From an uncultured bacterium (GTDB lineage: Bacteria > CAYUVA01), in NCBI GenBank assembly GCA_964448115.1, contig CAYUVA010000006.1, forward strand, positions 1 through 43,607: a stretch of DNA of 43,607 nt, read 5' to 3'. The notes under the pieces are model-generated. The model was not told where the DNA came from and ran no database searches. It worked only from the letters and a program-made list of their open reading frames with translations. This document shows, one piece after another, positions 9,301 to 18,521 of the stretch (position 1 is its first letter; every line of letters starts with the position of its first letter). A program made the position numbers and the translations under genes.

Positions 9301-11707
9301 ATACATGCCGCCATATCTCCAGGGTGGGCAGGGTATTCGCGATTACAATATCCAGGCTGTCATCTACACTGCAACGCCGACCGCTACACCGACCAACACG
9401 CCGTGCTGGTTCGATGATATATATGAGACATTCCCGGGCGATGATAATGCCACGGTAGCCTTTGAGCACCCAGTCGATGGTACTGGCACGCTGCATTACT
9501 TCTGCCACGGCTTCGATCCTGACTGGATCAAGTTCGAGGCTTCCATGTACGACAGCGTAACCTTATGGACTGACAACCTGGGCAGCAACTGCGACACTAT
9601 ACTTTACCTGTATGACCACCTGGTCGAGAATGTGTTGGCGAGCGATGTTGATGGCGCACCGACCAGCGTTGACTACGAGTTCACTTACTCGGCAGCCTTC
9701 TACTATGCCAAGGTGATGCCACTCAACCAGGGCTTCTGGGGACATGATTCCAACTATACTTTGCATGTTAACCTGAGAACCGCCACCCCGACCTCAACTC
9801 CATCGAGCACCCCGACCAATACGCCAACAAACACCCCATCGAGCACCCCGACCAATTCTCCGACCCACACGCCATCAAGCACGCCGACAAGCACTCCGAC
9901 CAGTACACCGACTGGCACCCCGACCATGACTCCGACCGGCACGCCCTGCGAGTGGGATGATCCGCTCGAGGTTGATAACAACTATACTCTGGCGAATGCC
10001 ATAATGAGCGATGGTACCCCGATCGAGCGCTTCTTCTGCGATGCTCTCGATGAGGATTGGCATCTGCTTACCATTGGTAAGTACGATACCTTCCATGTCT
10101 GGACCAGCTATCTTGGTTCGCTTATAGACACCAAGCTGTATCTGTACGATTACAACCTGACCCTGTTCAGGGAGGCTCAGAATGACAAGCCTAATGCCAC
10201 ACCGACTCCGGGCTTAAACGAGTACGATCATGCTGAGCTTATCATCCACGAGAGCACCTTTACCGGCGACATGTACATCCTCATCGACGCAGCCAACTAC
10301 TGGCCACCGAACATGCAAGGCGGTCAGGGTTACAGAGACTACAATATCCAGATAGTGGTGGTTACCGCTACTCCGACCTCGACGCCGACCAACACGCCGT
10401 GCTTCATTGATGATCCCGGCGAGTGGCCACCGCCGCCGGATGATATGCCAATGTCTGCCCGACCGATCGATGTAGATGGTTCACTAGTGCTTCACTACTT
10501 CTGCTACAACGAACCGCCTAATGTCGATGAAGATTGGCACATCTTCACCGCTAACGATCTCGATACCATCAAGGTGGAGACCATCATCCCGGTAGGCTCG
10601 ATAGCGGATACCTATCTAGCCCTCTACGATGAGACGGTTACCTTGCTAGCCGAAGATGATTCTATCGGACCTAACTATATCGAGTACCAGTCCGATGCAG
10701 ATCAGGATTACCTGGTTCAGGTCAAGCCGAGACCGGGCAACCTGGCGTGGGGGCATGACGCATACTACTATGTATCGGTCATAGTAGAGACCGCCACCCC
10801 GACACAAACACCAACAAGTACCGCTACTCCATCAATGACTCCAACCAATACCCCGACCGACACGCCGACCAGTACCCCGAGCAGCACCCCGACCAGTACC
10901 CCTACCAACACACCAACGATAACCCAGACCCCGACTATGACCCCGACAGCCACCATGACCCCAGCGGTGCCGCCTGAGCTGCTTGATGAGCCGATCTTCA
11001 CCAAGGGCACTTATAACACGATTTACTGGACAGAGCCTGATATCAACCTGGAGTACTATGCAGAGTGCGATCAGAACGAGTCGTTCCTCTCCGCTGAGTT
11101 CAACTCAGGCTGGATCTCTGATCTCCAGTTCACCTTTACCGGTCTGACCTCCAGAGTACGGTACTATTACAGGGTCAAGGATAGACATCAAGGCATCGAG
11201 GATCCGGGCGCCGAGAGCGGCTGGTCTAATGTCGAGTCATCTATCCAGGATGCGGATCCACCTGATTCCTCATGCTATGGCTACGAGGAGGGCGAGACGG
11301 TTACCACAAGGTTCGTAGAGATACCGATCTCTGTCTATGATCCAGTACCAGGCAGTGGGTTCCACCACGCCATACTGTACTACAACTACAACTATCAGGG
11401 ATGGGAGATCTATAAGGATCTCGATGATGAGCCGATCAAGTTCTACTCCACTATGGCGGTCTTCGACACCAAGAACCGCAGCGGTGAGTACATGTTCTTC
11501 AGCGTTGCCTGGGACAATGTACTAAATCAGGAGCCGCTGCCGGATCCGGTATGCCCGTATGGATATTGCGAGGATATCAGGATACTGGTTGACCTGCCCG
11601 AGACCCCGATGATACCAACCCTCACCGAGTGGGGTATTGTGATGCTGAGCTTGCTGTTCGCTGGCATCCTGCTTTACTTCACCAAGAGACGCAGGATATT
11701 TGAATAG
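6317..11707 (+). CDS. Large secreted surface protein: signal peptide, unknown N-terminal domain, Thr/Pro linkers, five PPC-like (pre-peptidase C-terminal-like) repeats, FN3-like and Ig-like domains, IPTL-CTERM sorting signal
   Basis: GAGG RBS before ATG 6317 (the ORF track starts at TTG 6227, which overlaps the -35). Signal peptide MRSKK...[15 protein letters not shown]. Repeats read PC..DD.....HY/FFC...DxDW. The C-terminus is IPTLTEWG, a TM helix, then KRRR. Confidence 0.88.
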   Translation: MRSKKPQTNILFLLLACLLVIPGLSIADQDEEAAQVVKPVERPYLPHPKASEVILSTNKPLALNPEYQSADGMLQYQYNNVELEDLFVFPATGPDFGIDVIDSKDAARTASDAKQNLLLWSTMNAGASWISYNNVCDGAPKASSFKVDQAQGALVTNWVVALSRESTTEDYYYLSINHMGATESTVGAATGIGYYLWPAGDPSFNYWTGTISAYFNNGNPNPDPSQNLAGPWYCVVIDADNTCPNGIYWWYHTDGYTNGSRWAYIGSNWTWISSQDYYWELHGYWHTATPTRTPTRTPTRTPTRTPTATYTPTRTPTRTPTATYTPTRTPTRTPTRTPTATYTPTRTPTRTPTATYTPTRTPTNTYTSTPTRTPTRTPSATPTRTPSRTPTRTPTATYTPTRTPTNTYTRTPTRTPTNTYTNTPTNTPTRTPTATYTPTRTPTRTPTNTPSNTPSMTPTRTPTRTPTRTPTNTYTNTPTPTRTPTRTPTNTPSATPSNTPSNTPSMTPTRTPTRTPTSTMTPTRTPSNTPSGTPTHTPSRTPTRTPTRTPSNTPTMTPTDTPCSDVDFTEPFDDTTYGSIASLPVDGDTEQHYICSWSPKDKDYFYVYIDSNWTITVTTSQLGPTADTIIYLYAATYVPPGSGGPGYDLDPIPLAFNDNDPNRPPPDPDWRASAITAEVGGGDYFVLVEPATSGWGEDAYYNIQANRFEPTSTPTATGTPTATETNTPTLTPTVTLTPTNTQTALPTHTASNTPTITPSATPSQTPTLTPSMTPSTTPTQTDTHTPTMTPTLTPTDTATSSPTMTPTESPTMTPSSTPTSTATPSSTPSNTPSSTPSSTPTNSPTMTPSSTPSSTPTNSPTSTPTNTPTNTPCWFDDPRDFPPGDDDAANAVSFDFENMTGAIYENFFCSDTDEDWFKFQANQYDHVFIWTSYIGELVNDHLYLYDKDLFVLADEEGTGTGRPGQNWKSDEIYNFEIPQTYTGSDFYYIAIDVEEYMPPYLQGGQGIRDYNIQAVIYTATPTATPTNTPCWFDDIYETFPGDDNATVAFEHPVDGTGTLHYFCHGFDPDWIKFEASMYDSVTLWTDNLGSNCDTILYLYDHLVENVLASDVDGAPTSVDYEFTYSAAFYYAKVMPLNQGFWGHDSNYTLHVNLRTATPTSTPSSTPTNTPTNTPSSTPTNSPTHTPSSTPTSTPTSTPTGTPTMTPTGTPCEWDDPLEVDNNYTLANAIMSDGTPIERFFCDALDEDWHLLTIGKYDTFHVWTSYLGSLIDTKLYLYDYNLTLFREAQNDKPNATPTPGLNEYDHAELIIHESTFTGDMYILIDAANYWPPNMQGGQGYRDYNIQIVVVTATPTSTPTNTPCFIDDPGEWPPPPDDMPMSARPIDVDGSLVLHYFCYNEPPNVDEDWHIFTANDLDTIKVETIIPVGSIADTYLALYDETVTLLAEDDSIGPNYIEYQSDADQDYLVQVKPRPGNLAWGHDAYYYVSVIVETATPTQTPTSTATPSMTPTNTPTDTPTSTPSSTPTSTPTNTPTITQTPTMTPTATMTPAVPPELLDEPIFTKGTYNTIYWTEPDINLEYYAECDQNESFLSAEFNSGWISDLQFTFTGLTSRVRYYYRVKDRHQGIEDPGAESGWSNVESSIQDADPPDSSCYGYEEGETVTTRFVEIPISVYDPVPGSGFHHAILYYNYNYQGWEIYKDLDDEPIKFYSTMAVFDTKNRSGEYMFFSVAWDNVLNQEPLPDPVCPYGYCEDIRILVDLPETPMIPTLTEWGIVMLSLLFAGILLYFTKRRRIFE
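7175..8002 (+). repeat. Coding low-complexity tandem repeat ([16 protein letters not shown] units), ~276 codons
   Basis: Degenerate 12-nt periodicity such as ACTCCGACCCGC/ACCCCGACTCGC; the translation is almost entirely T, P, R, S and N. Confidence 0.95.
8444..8932 (+). repeat. Second long Thr/Pro/Ser linker ([12 protein letters not shown]), Arg-free. Shorter linkers lie at 9368-9403, 9779-9946, 10364-10399 and 10790-10963.
   Basis: Visible in the translation and in the degenerate DNA periodicity. Confidence 0.93.
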
Positions 11708-11742
11708 AAGCTAAAGCCTGCATAGAGACAATGAAAACCATC

Positions 11743-11772
11743 AGGGGCGCCTCCACCAGGCGCCCTTTTTTT
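11743..11772 (+). terminator. Rho-independent terminator after the IPTL-CTERM gene
   Basis: GGGCGCCT-CCACC-AGGCGCCC hairpin followed by TTTTTTT. Confidence 0.9.
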
Positions 11773-11825
11773 AGGCTTTAGTCAGTCTTAAGTTAGTTCA
11801 ACTGGCATTCATATAAGGGTTGTAA

Positions 11826-14800
11826 GTGCAAAGATACTTGGTCATTGCGACTATCTCGCTGATCTTGTTATCACTCAACGCATATCCTCAAGACCACTTT
11901 TTTAGCGAGGGAATATCAATAAATCCAACCTCTTTTCAAACTAAGGACATGGCACTGGCGGATGTGGACAATGATGGAGACCTTGATATCGCATTATTGA
12001 ATCTTGATGCGAAGAGTTACCTTTTCTTGAGCCATGAGGGAGAACCGCACCCGATCCCGGTATGGGAGTCCATTGCTACTACCAGAAGCTACCAAGGCAT
12101 ATTCATCGACTATGATCTCGATGGCGATATGGATCTTGCTATCGCTGCTGATGGTCAGAATCTTCTTTTCCGCAATGTGAACGAGCTTGGCGCTCCTTAT
12201 TTAGAACGCTCGCCTGTATGGGCTTCCTTCCATGCAAGACAGACTACCACAGTTACCGCTGGGGATTTCAACGGCGATGGCTATATCGATCTCGCCTTTG
12301 GTGGTTACAACAGTCCCCTGGAAATCCACCTGAATCAGGGCGGCAGTTATAATTCAACGCCGGATTTTTCAACCATCGAGTACTATAATACGACCTCAAT
12401 AGTTGCAGGAGATCTAAACTCGGATGGATATGCGGATCTAGTATGCTCAGTCAACGGTACTCCTTCTGATATCGCCTTCTATATGGATCCACAAGGATTT
12501 CCCGGTATTGAGAGTTGGCATTCGCTTGCCGAGGATACCTCGACTTGCGTTGCTTTGGGTGATGTGAACCTTGATGGTGCGCTCGATGCGGTCTATTCTT
12601 ATGCTAATTCCCCGCCGGTTCTTTATTTGAATGTCGGTGATGGTCTGGATAATAGCCAATCCTGGATCCCTGATTTCAACCAGGGTGATCTGCGCATTGA
12701 ATTAGCTGATGTGGATCTAAATGCAAGGCTGGATATCATTACACTGGGAATGGACAAAAGGCTACGGGTTTACTTGAATAAGGGGAGCATCTCCAGGGAG
12801 CCGGATTGGCAGACAGAGGATGCCTACATGGGGGCGACTAATCTCGATGTGGCAGATATCAGCGGAGATAATACGCCCGAGATATTTCTGTCGGTAACTT
12901 CAGCACCGTGCTTGCTTTTCAAGAACCTTTCTCTCATTTTTTCATCTACGCCTGATTGGTTTAGCCCCGTAACCACAGATGCAGTTGATATGGCAGTTTT
13001 TGAGTCGGATGGTGAGCCAGGCAGCGAGTTTATTGTCGCCGGAGCGAAACAAGGACTGAACCTGTATCGAGACCTCTTCTCTGAGCCGATTTATCTAGGA
13101 AATCCGGGGGTGATAAGCGTAATAGAAGTTGGAAACATAGCGCAGCAAGGGGGAATAAATCTTTTTGTCGGTACTGTAGATGACTTTGACTATCTGTACA
13201 GCCTAAATGATAGGGGGTTTGCACCTGAGTTAATCGAAATATGGCGTTCCGAGTTGGCGACCACCTGCTATGCTGCGTTAGCGGCTGACTTCACTGGCGA
13301 TGGCTATGAAGACCTCGCTTTGGCTTCTCGAAGCTGCTGCAATACGAGCATAAGCATCCTCGATTGGCATTACCTGCCATCAGCGCCCAGGGAGCACTGG
13401 CGAATCGATATGGGTGGAGCTGGAATTGTAGCTCTAGTGAGTAATGATATAGATAATGATGGCGTGCTGGAATTGTTGGCTGGTTATGATGCTGGGGTGG
13501 CGGTCATCAAGCCTTTTGCTGAGCCGAGCGAGGTACTACAAGAACTTCCCTTTGATGCATTAAAGGATATTGCCGCCAGCGATATAGATGGCGATGGCTG
13601 GCTCGATGCGGTGATTGGACAGGGGGATAGCATAAGTGTCCATCTGAACCAACAAGGCATGTTATCAGGGAAGCCAGCCTGGACTATCCAGCAGATTATG
13701 CCCGAGAGAATAACTTGCGATGATATGGACAACAACGGCTTCCTCGACATCATCGCTGCCACCGCTACTGGGGATACTATAATCTTCAACCATGGTGGAG
13801 AGCTGTCAGAGCCGAGTATATTCAAAGGCGAAGCGGAGGTTGCCTCTGTCGGCTTAGATATCACCGATCTGGACGGCGATGGATTAAGGGACATGATCTT
13901 CATTGGCAACGGCACTGCGTCCCGGGCATACCTGTCGAGGATGGGAATCGACGCCATGCTCCCTGATGACCCTGGGGTCGCCTTGCCAGTAGCGCCTCCT
14001 CGCGGGAATCCAGTGACCGGTACCCTGCTGATCGATTATCTGCTGGTCGATGCGCAAAGCGATCTGTGTTTCATATACCCGGAGTATTGTTTTATTGGTC
14101 ATAATCAATGGTTTCCCGCTGCTGTCGGGGTAGGTGGAGATGGCTTGTATCAGCTTACTTCCTCCCCTGCTGGTATCTTGCATCGCTTTGCCTGGGATAC
14201 GGATGCCGATGATTTGATCGGTAGAGCGGAGTTGAGAATTCGAGTCAAGGCACCGGGAAGCCAGGCACGCAGCACTAGTCAATATCATGACCAGGTCTCC
14301 AATATGGGAACTTTCAATCTAAGGGCTGTGCCTGGAGTAATGCTGTATTATCCCGCAGCAGGGCAAGCCGATGATAGGGATATCGACCTGGTCTATGCGC
14401 TTTCCGAGCTATGCAGCGAGGTGGCAGTGGTCTTCGAGTGGGAGGCTGGAGCACAGGATATCAATGCACCGCATAGAACCACCGTTTATCCCCAAAACGG
14501 ACACTCCTTGCCTCTGCCTATGGAGGTTGGATTTCATCATGTTAAGCTAATGGGGGACGATCTACGCGCTGATGGCGAGGTAAGCAGCGATGATCACCTA
14601 GTGCCGGGAGCAGTATATACAGTGAACCTGGAGGCAAAGGATACAAGCCCACAACAAAACTCGTGGACATGCAGCAACAGCGGGTGGCTTTACCATGATG
14701 AAACCCTTGTCCTGATGGGTATAGCCCTCCAAGATCCAGTGCCGACCATGAACCAAGCTACCGAGAACCTTAGCCTGTTCACCAACCAGGACTCGCTCCA

Positions 14801-15929
14801 ATTGACCATAAGGAGCCAGGGCTACGCAGATACAGTTTGCTATCGGATAAGTGGAATGGATGGCTATCGCTGCCAGCGCCTTTACGATTACAACATGATA
14901 ATTGGGATCGAGGATGATGAGGCAGGTCCTGAGATAACGGTGCATTGTCGGCTACAAAACAGCCCTTACACCGCTACCCAGCCTCGAAGCGCATCCATAA
15001 CCAGGGACAAGGCGCCACCTTTTCCCAGGCAGAATGCGATTATTACCATAAATGGCAATGCAGCCTGTAGCGGCGGTGAGTTCCAGGTCGCCTGGACGCC
15101 CTTTGATGATGATATCGCCGGCATAGAGGGATACTACTGGGATAGGGTTGACCTCTCAGGCTCCGCGGGGGGAAACTGGATTGGAGACGAAAATGTAACT
15201 GTATTGTCAGGTTTTGCGCAAGGCGAGAACTCCATATATATCTGGGCACAAGACAGGGCGGGGAATATAAGTGATTCCATCTCGATAAACTTTATCGTGG
15301 ATAACACGCCACCAGAGATTGTTGGAGATGCACAGCTTATAATCGAAGAAGGAAGTGGAACTATCTGCTGCCCTAAGTTCAGCCTTTGCTGGAATCCAGG
15401 TGCCTTTATCGATCCCGACTATGGAGTCCTGATGTATGAGATTAAAATGTACCTCGATGGCGAGCTTTACCAGGTGAAAACTGCCATAGAACCTAGGCAG
15501 GTCTTTGAGCAGGTAGGCGATGGGTTTTATTGCTTTGAGCTTACAGCCTTGAACTGTGCCATGCTTGCATCCGAGGCAACTCAAGTTTGTGTAACCCTGG
15601 ATTGTTCTGGCGGGGGTATATTTGTCGGTGGATACTGGGACTCTGAGGTCATTGCTGATCGGGAATCTCTGCTTAAGGTTATTGCCATCAATCCGCTGCG
15701 CAAGGATGGTATTATCGAGCTGTTTTACCAGGGCAGCCCCTTGGGATTATACCTTAACGATGCTGGATTGGGGGGCGATGAAGTTGCTGGCGATGGAGTC
15801 TTCACGCTTTTTCTACCTTTACCTGCCGTGGAAGGAGCGCTTAAGATACTTCTTGAGCTGAATATGGGCAACCGCTGCGGTTATGCATGGGAGCAGAATC
15901 GCTGGCCATATTTGCATGTTCAGCCATAA
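11826..15929 (+). CDS. Secreted FG-GAP/VCBS-repeat protein (probably two beta-propellers) with Ig/FN3-like domains and a C-terminal 'GYWD...WPYL' domain
   Basis: GTG start and signal peptide. More than ten DxDxDGxxD repeats (ADVDNDGDLD, GDFNGDGYID, SDIDGDGWLD, TDLDGDGLRD). Also WAQDRAGN...VDNTPP and a C-terminal LNDAGLGGDEVAGDGVFT...WPYLHV. Confidence 0.88.
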   Translation: MQRYLVIATISLILLSLNAYPQDHFFSEGISINPTSFQTKDMALADVDNDGDLDIALLNLDAKSYLFLSHEGEPHPIPVWESIATTRSYQGIFIDYDLDGDMDLAIAADGQNLLFRNVNELGAPYLERSPVWASFHARQTTTVTAGDFNGDGYIDLAFGGYNSPLEIHLNQGGSYNSTPDFSTIEYYNTTSIVAGDLNSDGYADLVCSVNGTPSDIAFYMDPQGFPGIESWHSLAEDTSTCVALGDVNLDGALDAVYSYANSPPVLYLNVGDGLDNSQSWIPDFNQGDLRIELADVDLNARLDIITLGMDKRLRVYLNKGSISREPDWQTEDAYMGATNLDVADISGDNTPEIFLSVTSAPCLLFKNLSLIFSSTPDWFSPVTTDAVDMAVFESDGEPGSEFIVAGAKQGLNLYRDLFSEPIYLGNPGVISVIEVGNIAQQGGINLFVGTVDDFDYLYSLNDRGFAPELIEIWRSELATTCYAALAADFTGDGYEDLALASRSCCNTSISILDWHYLPSAPREHWRIDMGGAGIVALVSNDIDNDGVLELLAGYDAGVAVIKPFAEPSEVLQELPFDALKDIAASDIDGDGWLDAVIGQGDSISVHLNQQGMLSGKPAWTIQQIMPERITCDDMDNNGFLDIIAATATGDTIIFNHGGELSEPSIFKGEAEVASVGLDITDLDGDGLRDMIFIGNGTASRAYLSRMGIDAMLPDDPGVALPVAPPRGNPVTGTLLIDYLLVDAQSDLCFIYPEYCFIGHNQWFPAAVGVGGDGLYQLTSSPAGILHRFAWDTDADDLIGRAELRIRVKAPGSQARSTSQYHDQVSNMGTFNLRAVPGVMLYYPAAGQADDRDIDLVYALSELCSEVAVVFEWEAGAQDINAPHRTTVYPQNGHSLPLPMEVGFHHVKLMGDDLRADGEVSSDDHLVPGAVYTVNLEAKDTSPQQNSWTCSNSGWLYHDETLVLMGIALQDPVPTMNQATENLSLFTNQDSLQLTIRSQGYADTVCYRISGMDGYRCQRLYDYNMIIGIEDDEAGPEITVHCRLQNSPYTATQPRSASITRDKAPPFPRQNAIITINGNAACSGGEFQVAWTPFDDDIAGIEGYYWDRVDLSGSAGGNWIGDENVTVLSGFAQGENSIYIWAQDRAGNISDSISINFIVDNTPPEIVGDAQLIIEEGSGTICCPKFSLCWNPGAFIDPDYGVLMYEIKMYLDGELYQVKTAIEPRQVFEQVGDGFYCFELTALNCAMLASEATQVCVTLDCSGGGIFVGGYWDSEVIADRESLLKVIAINPLRKDGIIELFYQGSPLGLYLNDAGLGGDEVAGDGVFTLFLPLPAVEGALKILLELNMGNRCGYAWEQNRWPYLHVQP

Positions 15930-15980
15930 TGAAGTTACATTTCATTATTATGAAACTCACCATATTCCAGATTCCAAGAG

Positions 15981-16060
15981 AAATGGATCAATCGATTTAA
16001 GCAATCCGGCTTAAAGGGGCTTAGAGATAAACCGAAAGGACATAGACCATCAAAGCGGAT
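15981..16060 (+). mobile_element. Transposase helix-turn-helix remnant (IS630-like), fragment only
   Basis: Translates to KWINRFKQSGLKGLRDKPKGHRPSK, matching the W..RF...G..GL.D.P..GRP pattern. There is an in-frame TGA upstream at 15951, no start codon and no DDE domain. Confidence 0.7.
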
Positions 16061-16065
16061 TCGAG

Positions 16066-17502
16066 CTACCTGGTAACCACGCAGACCGCGTTTTCGCGCA
16101 GGAAGTTGTAGTTAGTGTTGGCGCTTAGTATCTTCATCGCATCCTGACTTGAGATGTAAAGATCATTGCTCTCGTCCTTCGGGGGAGATTGCGCCTTCAC
16201 AACAAGAAAATTCTTCCCGGCTGCATCCTGCTTGGCTTGCTCAAGCGAGGTGTACCACTGTACGAAGTCCAGGTCCGGGTTGGCGATGGCGTTGGTGCCA
16301 CGATCGAACTTGGAGTAGATCACCATATCATCGCTGCAAATATCAAAGGTCTTCCGCCAATCAAAGCCTATATCCCTAGCATCGATGATGACGCCAAAGA
16401 AAGGTCCCCCAGTGGCTTGCTCATGGCTTATATCCGGCTTAATCACTTCCATCGTGGTATAATAGGAGGGCTTTTTTTCGGTGCTTGTGGAGATGGAGGC
16501 GACATCCTCAGCTTCTGGTGGTTTCATAGGCTTATCCTCTTCTTCTGGCTTGATTGCCTCTTGTTTGCGCTTTGTGGGTTCTACCCCTGGTCTAGTTGCC
16601 ATGGCTGTATCCCCGACTGGTTCAGGCTCTGGAGTCGGCTCAAGGGGAGCTGACTTTTCTACCTTTGGTTGCGGTGTGTACTGGGAGAGATCCGCTTTCT
16701 TTGCCTTGTAACCCTCTGGCTTAAGTTCCTCATAATCAAGCTCAAGGAGCATCTTATCAAGCTGCTTGCCGACTGGCAGCACCATAGCTGTTACAGCAAA
16801 AGCACTGTTGTCGGTGAGCAAGCTGCCGGTTAGCACATCTATTTTAATATTTCTTAGAAAATAGTCCTTTACCCTCTTTTCATCCTTTGGATAGTGCTTG
16901 GCGATAAAAACATCCTTGAGGTAGTGTCCCTCCTTTATCTTCAAGCCAGTGAGATAGTAGAGAAAAATGGTCTCAAAGGCGCGGTTTTTGACCTCTTCCT
17001 TTGCTTTTTCGATGTCATCGCCACGAGCCACAGCCATTACCTGAAGGCTCTGGTTCATCTTGTCGATATCGGTCTTGACGATGAAGTCCTCGGCGATATC
17101 GGTCTCGGTAATATAGATGCTGGACTCTTCAATATTGGTCTTCTCCCAATTATCGAGTACCTGCTTCTTTATCTCGTCCCAGGTCTTATCGATCTTCTTT
17201 TCCTCGACCTGCTTTTCAAGTTGCTGTCTCTGCTGCTCTTTCTTTTGCTCTTGTACCTTCTTGCGAGACTCGATGGTGTTGCGCCAATCGGCGATAGCCT
17301 TCCGGTAAGCCTCCTTGTATTTCTGGAGCGACTCCTTGTATGCTTCCTTTTCCGCTTTTACCTTGTCTGCCCATGAAGTTCCCTTGGCATCCTGTGAATA
17401 GGAACTGGAAGGGATGATGGCGAGGCAGAGCACCGCCACCGTAACCATTCCAACAAGACCGATGAATCCACTAACTCTGATCAATGAAGACACGCCTTTC
17501 AT
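16066..17502 (-). CDS. Exported protein with an N-terminal coiled coil, a PE/K-rich linker and a C-terminal domain like that of LPP20-annotated proteins
   Basis: AGGAG RBS, N-terminal hydrophobic helix and a K/E/Q-rich helical stretch. The C-terminus reads GVIIDAR...FLVVKA...DLYISSQDA.KILSAN....FL....V.VV. Confidence 0.65.
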   Translation of the reverse strand: MKGVSSLIRVSGFIGLVGMVTVAVLCLAIIPSSSYSQDAKGTSWADKVKAEKEAYKESLQKYKEAYRKAIADWRNTIESRKKVQEQKKEQQRQQLEKQVEEKKIDKTWDEIKKQVLDNWEKTNIEESSIYITETDIAEDFIVKTDIDKMNQSLQVMAVARGDDIEKAKEEVKNRAFETIFLYYLTGLKIKEGHYLKDVFIAKHYPKDEKRVKDYFLRNIKIDVLTGSLLTDNSAFAVTAMVLPVGKQLDKMLLELDYEELKPEGYKAKKADLSQYTPQPKVEKSAPLEPTPEPEPVGDTAMATRPGVEPTKRKQEAIKPEEEDKPMKPPEAEDVASISTSTEKKPSYYTTMEVIKPDISHEQATGGPFFGVIIDARDIGFDWRKTFDICSDDMVIYSKFDRGTNAIANPDLDFVQWYTSLEQAKQDAAGKNFLVVKAQSPPKDESNDLYISSQDAMKILSANTNYNFLRENAVCVVTR

Positions 17503-17591
17503 TATGTTCTCCTTCTTTCCAAGCCTAATATAAATTTCCTAGCCTTTAATATCACATAAAAAAATGAATTTGTAAACCTATATCGCAATCA

Positions 17592-17633
17592 TAAAAACAG
17601 GGAAGATGGGACCAAGCTCCAACCTTCCCTGTT
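17592..17633 (-). terminator. Rho-independent terminator after sucD
   Basis: Inverted repeat AACAGGGAAG...CTTCCCTGTT with a T-run on the minus strand. Confidence 0.8.
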
Positions 17634-17647
17634 AGTTTATTTATTTG

Positions 17648-18517
17648 TTATTTCATCATCTGTTTTACCATATCGCCGACGGTAGCAGGGCTATCAGAGA
17701 CGGCGACCCCGCACTGGCGCAGTGTGCTTATCTTCTCGGCAGCTCCGCCCTTGCCCCCGGAGATGATAGCGCCAGCATGCCCCATTCGCTTCCCCTTAGG
17801 TGCGGTCTGTCCGGCAATGAAGGCAGCCACTGGCTTGCTCATATTACGCTTGATCCACTCGGCAGCCTCTTCCTCGGCGGTTCCGCCGATCTCGCCAATT
17901 AGCACCACTGCCTCGGTCTTGGGATCCTTCTCGAACTCAGCAAGGCAGTCGATGAAATTGGTTCCGATGATCGGATCGCCACCGATGCCGATGGTTGTTG
18001 TCTGTCCCAGACCGTTCACCGTCAACTGATAGACCACCTCGTAGGTGAGAGTGCCGCTTCGGGATATGACGCCGATAGGTCCCTCGGTGAAGATCTTGTT
18101 AGGCATGATGCCGATCTTCGACTGTCCGGGAGACATTATGCCGGGGCAGTTTGGTCCGATGAAGCGCACTCCCCGCCTAGTGCAGTAATCCTTGACCTTA
18201 ACCATCTTTAAGGCGGGTATCCCCTCGGTGATGACCACCACAAGCGGTATCTTTGCTTCGGCAGCCTCCATAACCGCCTCCGGGGCGAATTTGGCAGGCA
18301 CGAAGATGACGCTGGCATTTGCGCCGGTCTCATCCACCGCCTCTTTGACCGTATTGAAGACCGGTATATCGAGATGCGTGCTTCCACCCTTGCCTGGAGT
18401 AACCCCAGCCACTACATTTGTGCCGTATTCGATCATGGTCTTGGTGTGGAAGGTTCCGTTGGCTCCAGTAAGCCCTTGCACGAGTACTCTTGTATTTTTA
18501 TCGATAAAGATGCTCAT
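17648..18517 (-). CDS. sucD: Succinate--CoA ligase subunit alpha
   Basis: Motifs [44 protein letters not shown] and RMGHAGAII (phospho-His). Confidence 0.97.
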   Translation of the reverse strand: MSIFIDKNTRVLVQGLTGANGTFHTKTMIEYGTNVVAGVTPGKGGSTHLDIPVFNTVKEAVDETGANASVIFVPAKFAPEAVMEAAEAKIPLVVVITEGIPALKMVKVKDYCTRRGVRFIGPNCPGIMSPGQSKIGIMPNKIFTEGPIGVISRSGTLTYEVVYQLTVNGLGQTTTIGIGGDPIIGTNFIDCLAEFEKDPKTEAVVLIGEIGGTAEEEAAEWIKRNMSKPVAAFIAGQTAPKGKRMGHAGAIISGGKGGAAEKISTLRQCGVAVSDSPATVGDMVKQMMK

Positions 18518-18521
18518 CTAT

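Noticed and set aside
7099-11010. Alternative-frame and antisense ORFs (VGV-rich, SDPHSD, RSTSR) over the linkers
   Set aside because: These are shadows of Thr/Pro codon repeats that lack stops in other frames.
11802-11818. Second sigma-54 site (TGGCAT...) before the FG-GAP gene
   Set aside because: It lacks the GC at -12 with the required spacing.
15926-15948. Fur box
   Set aside because: The half-sites resemble Fur, but the spacing is too long and the site lies between convergent gene ends.
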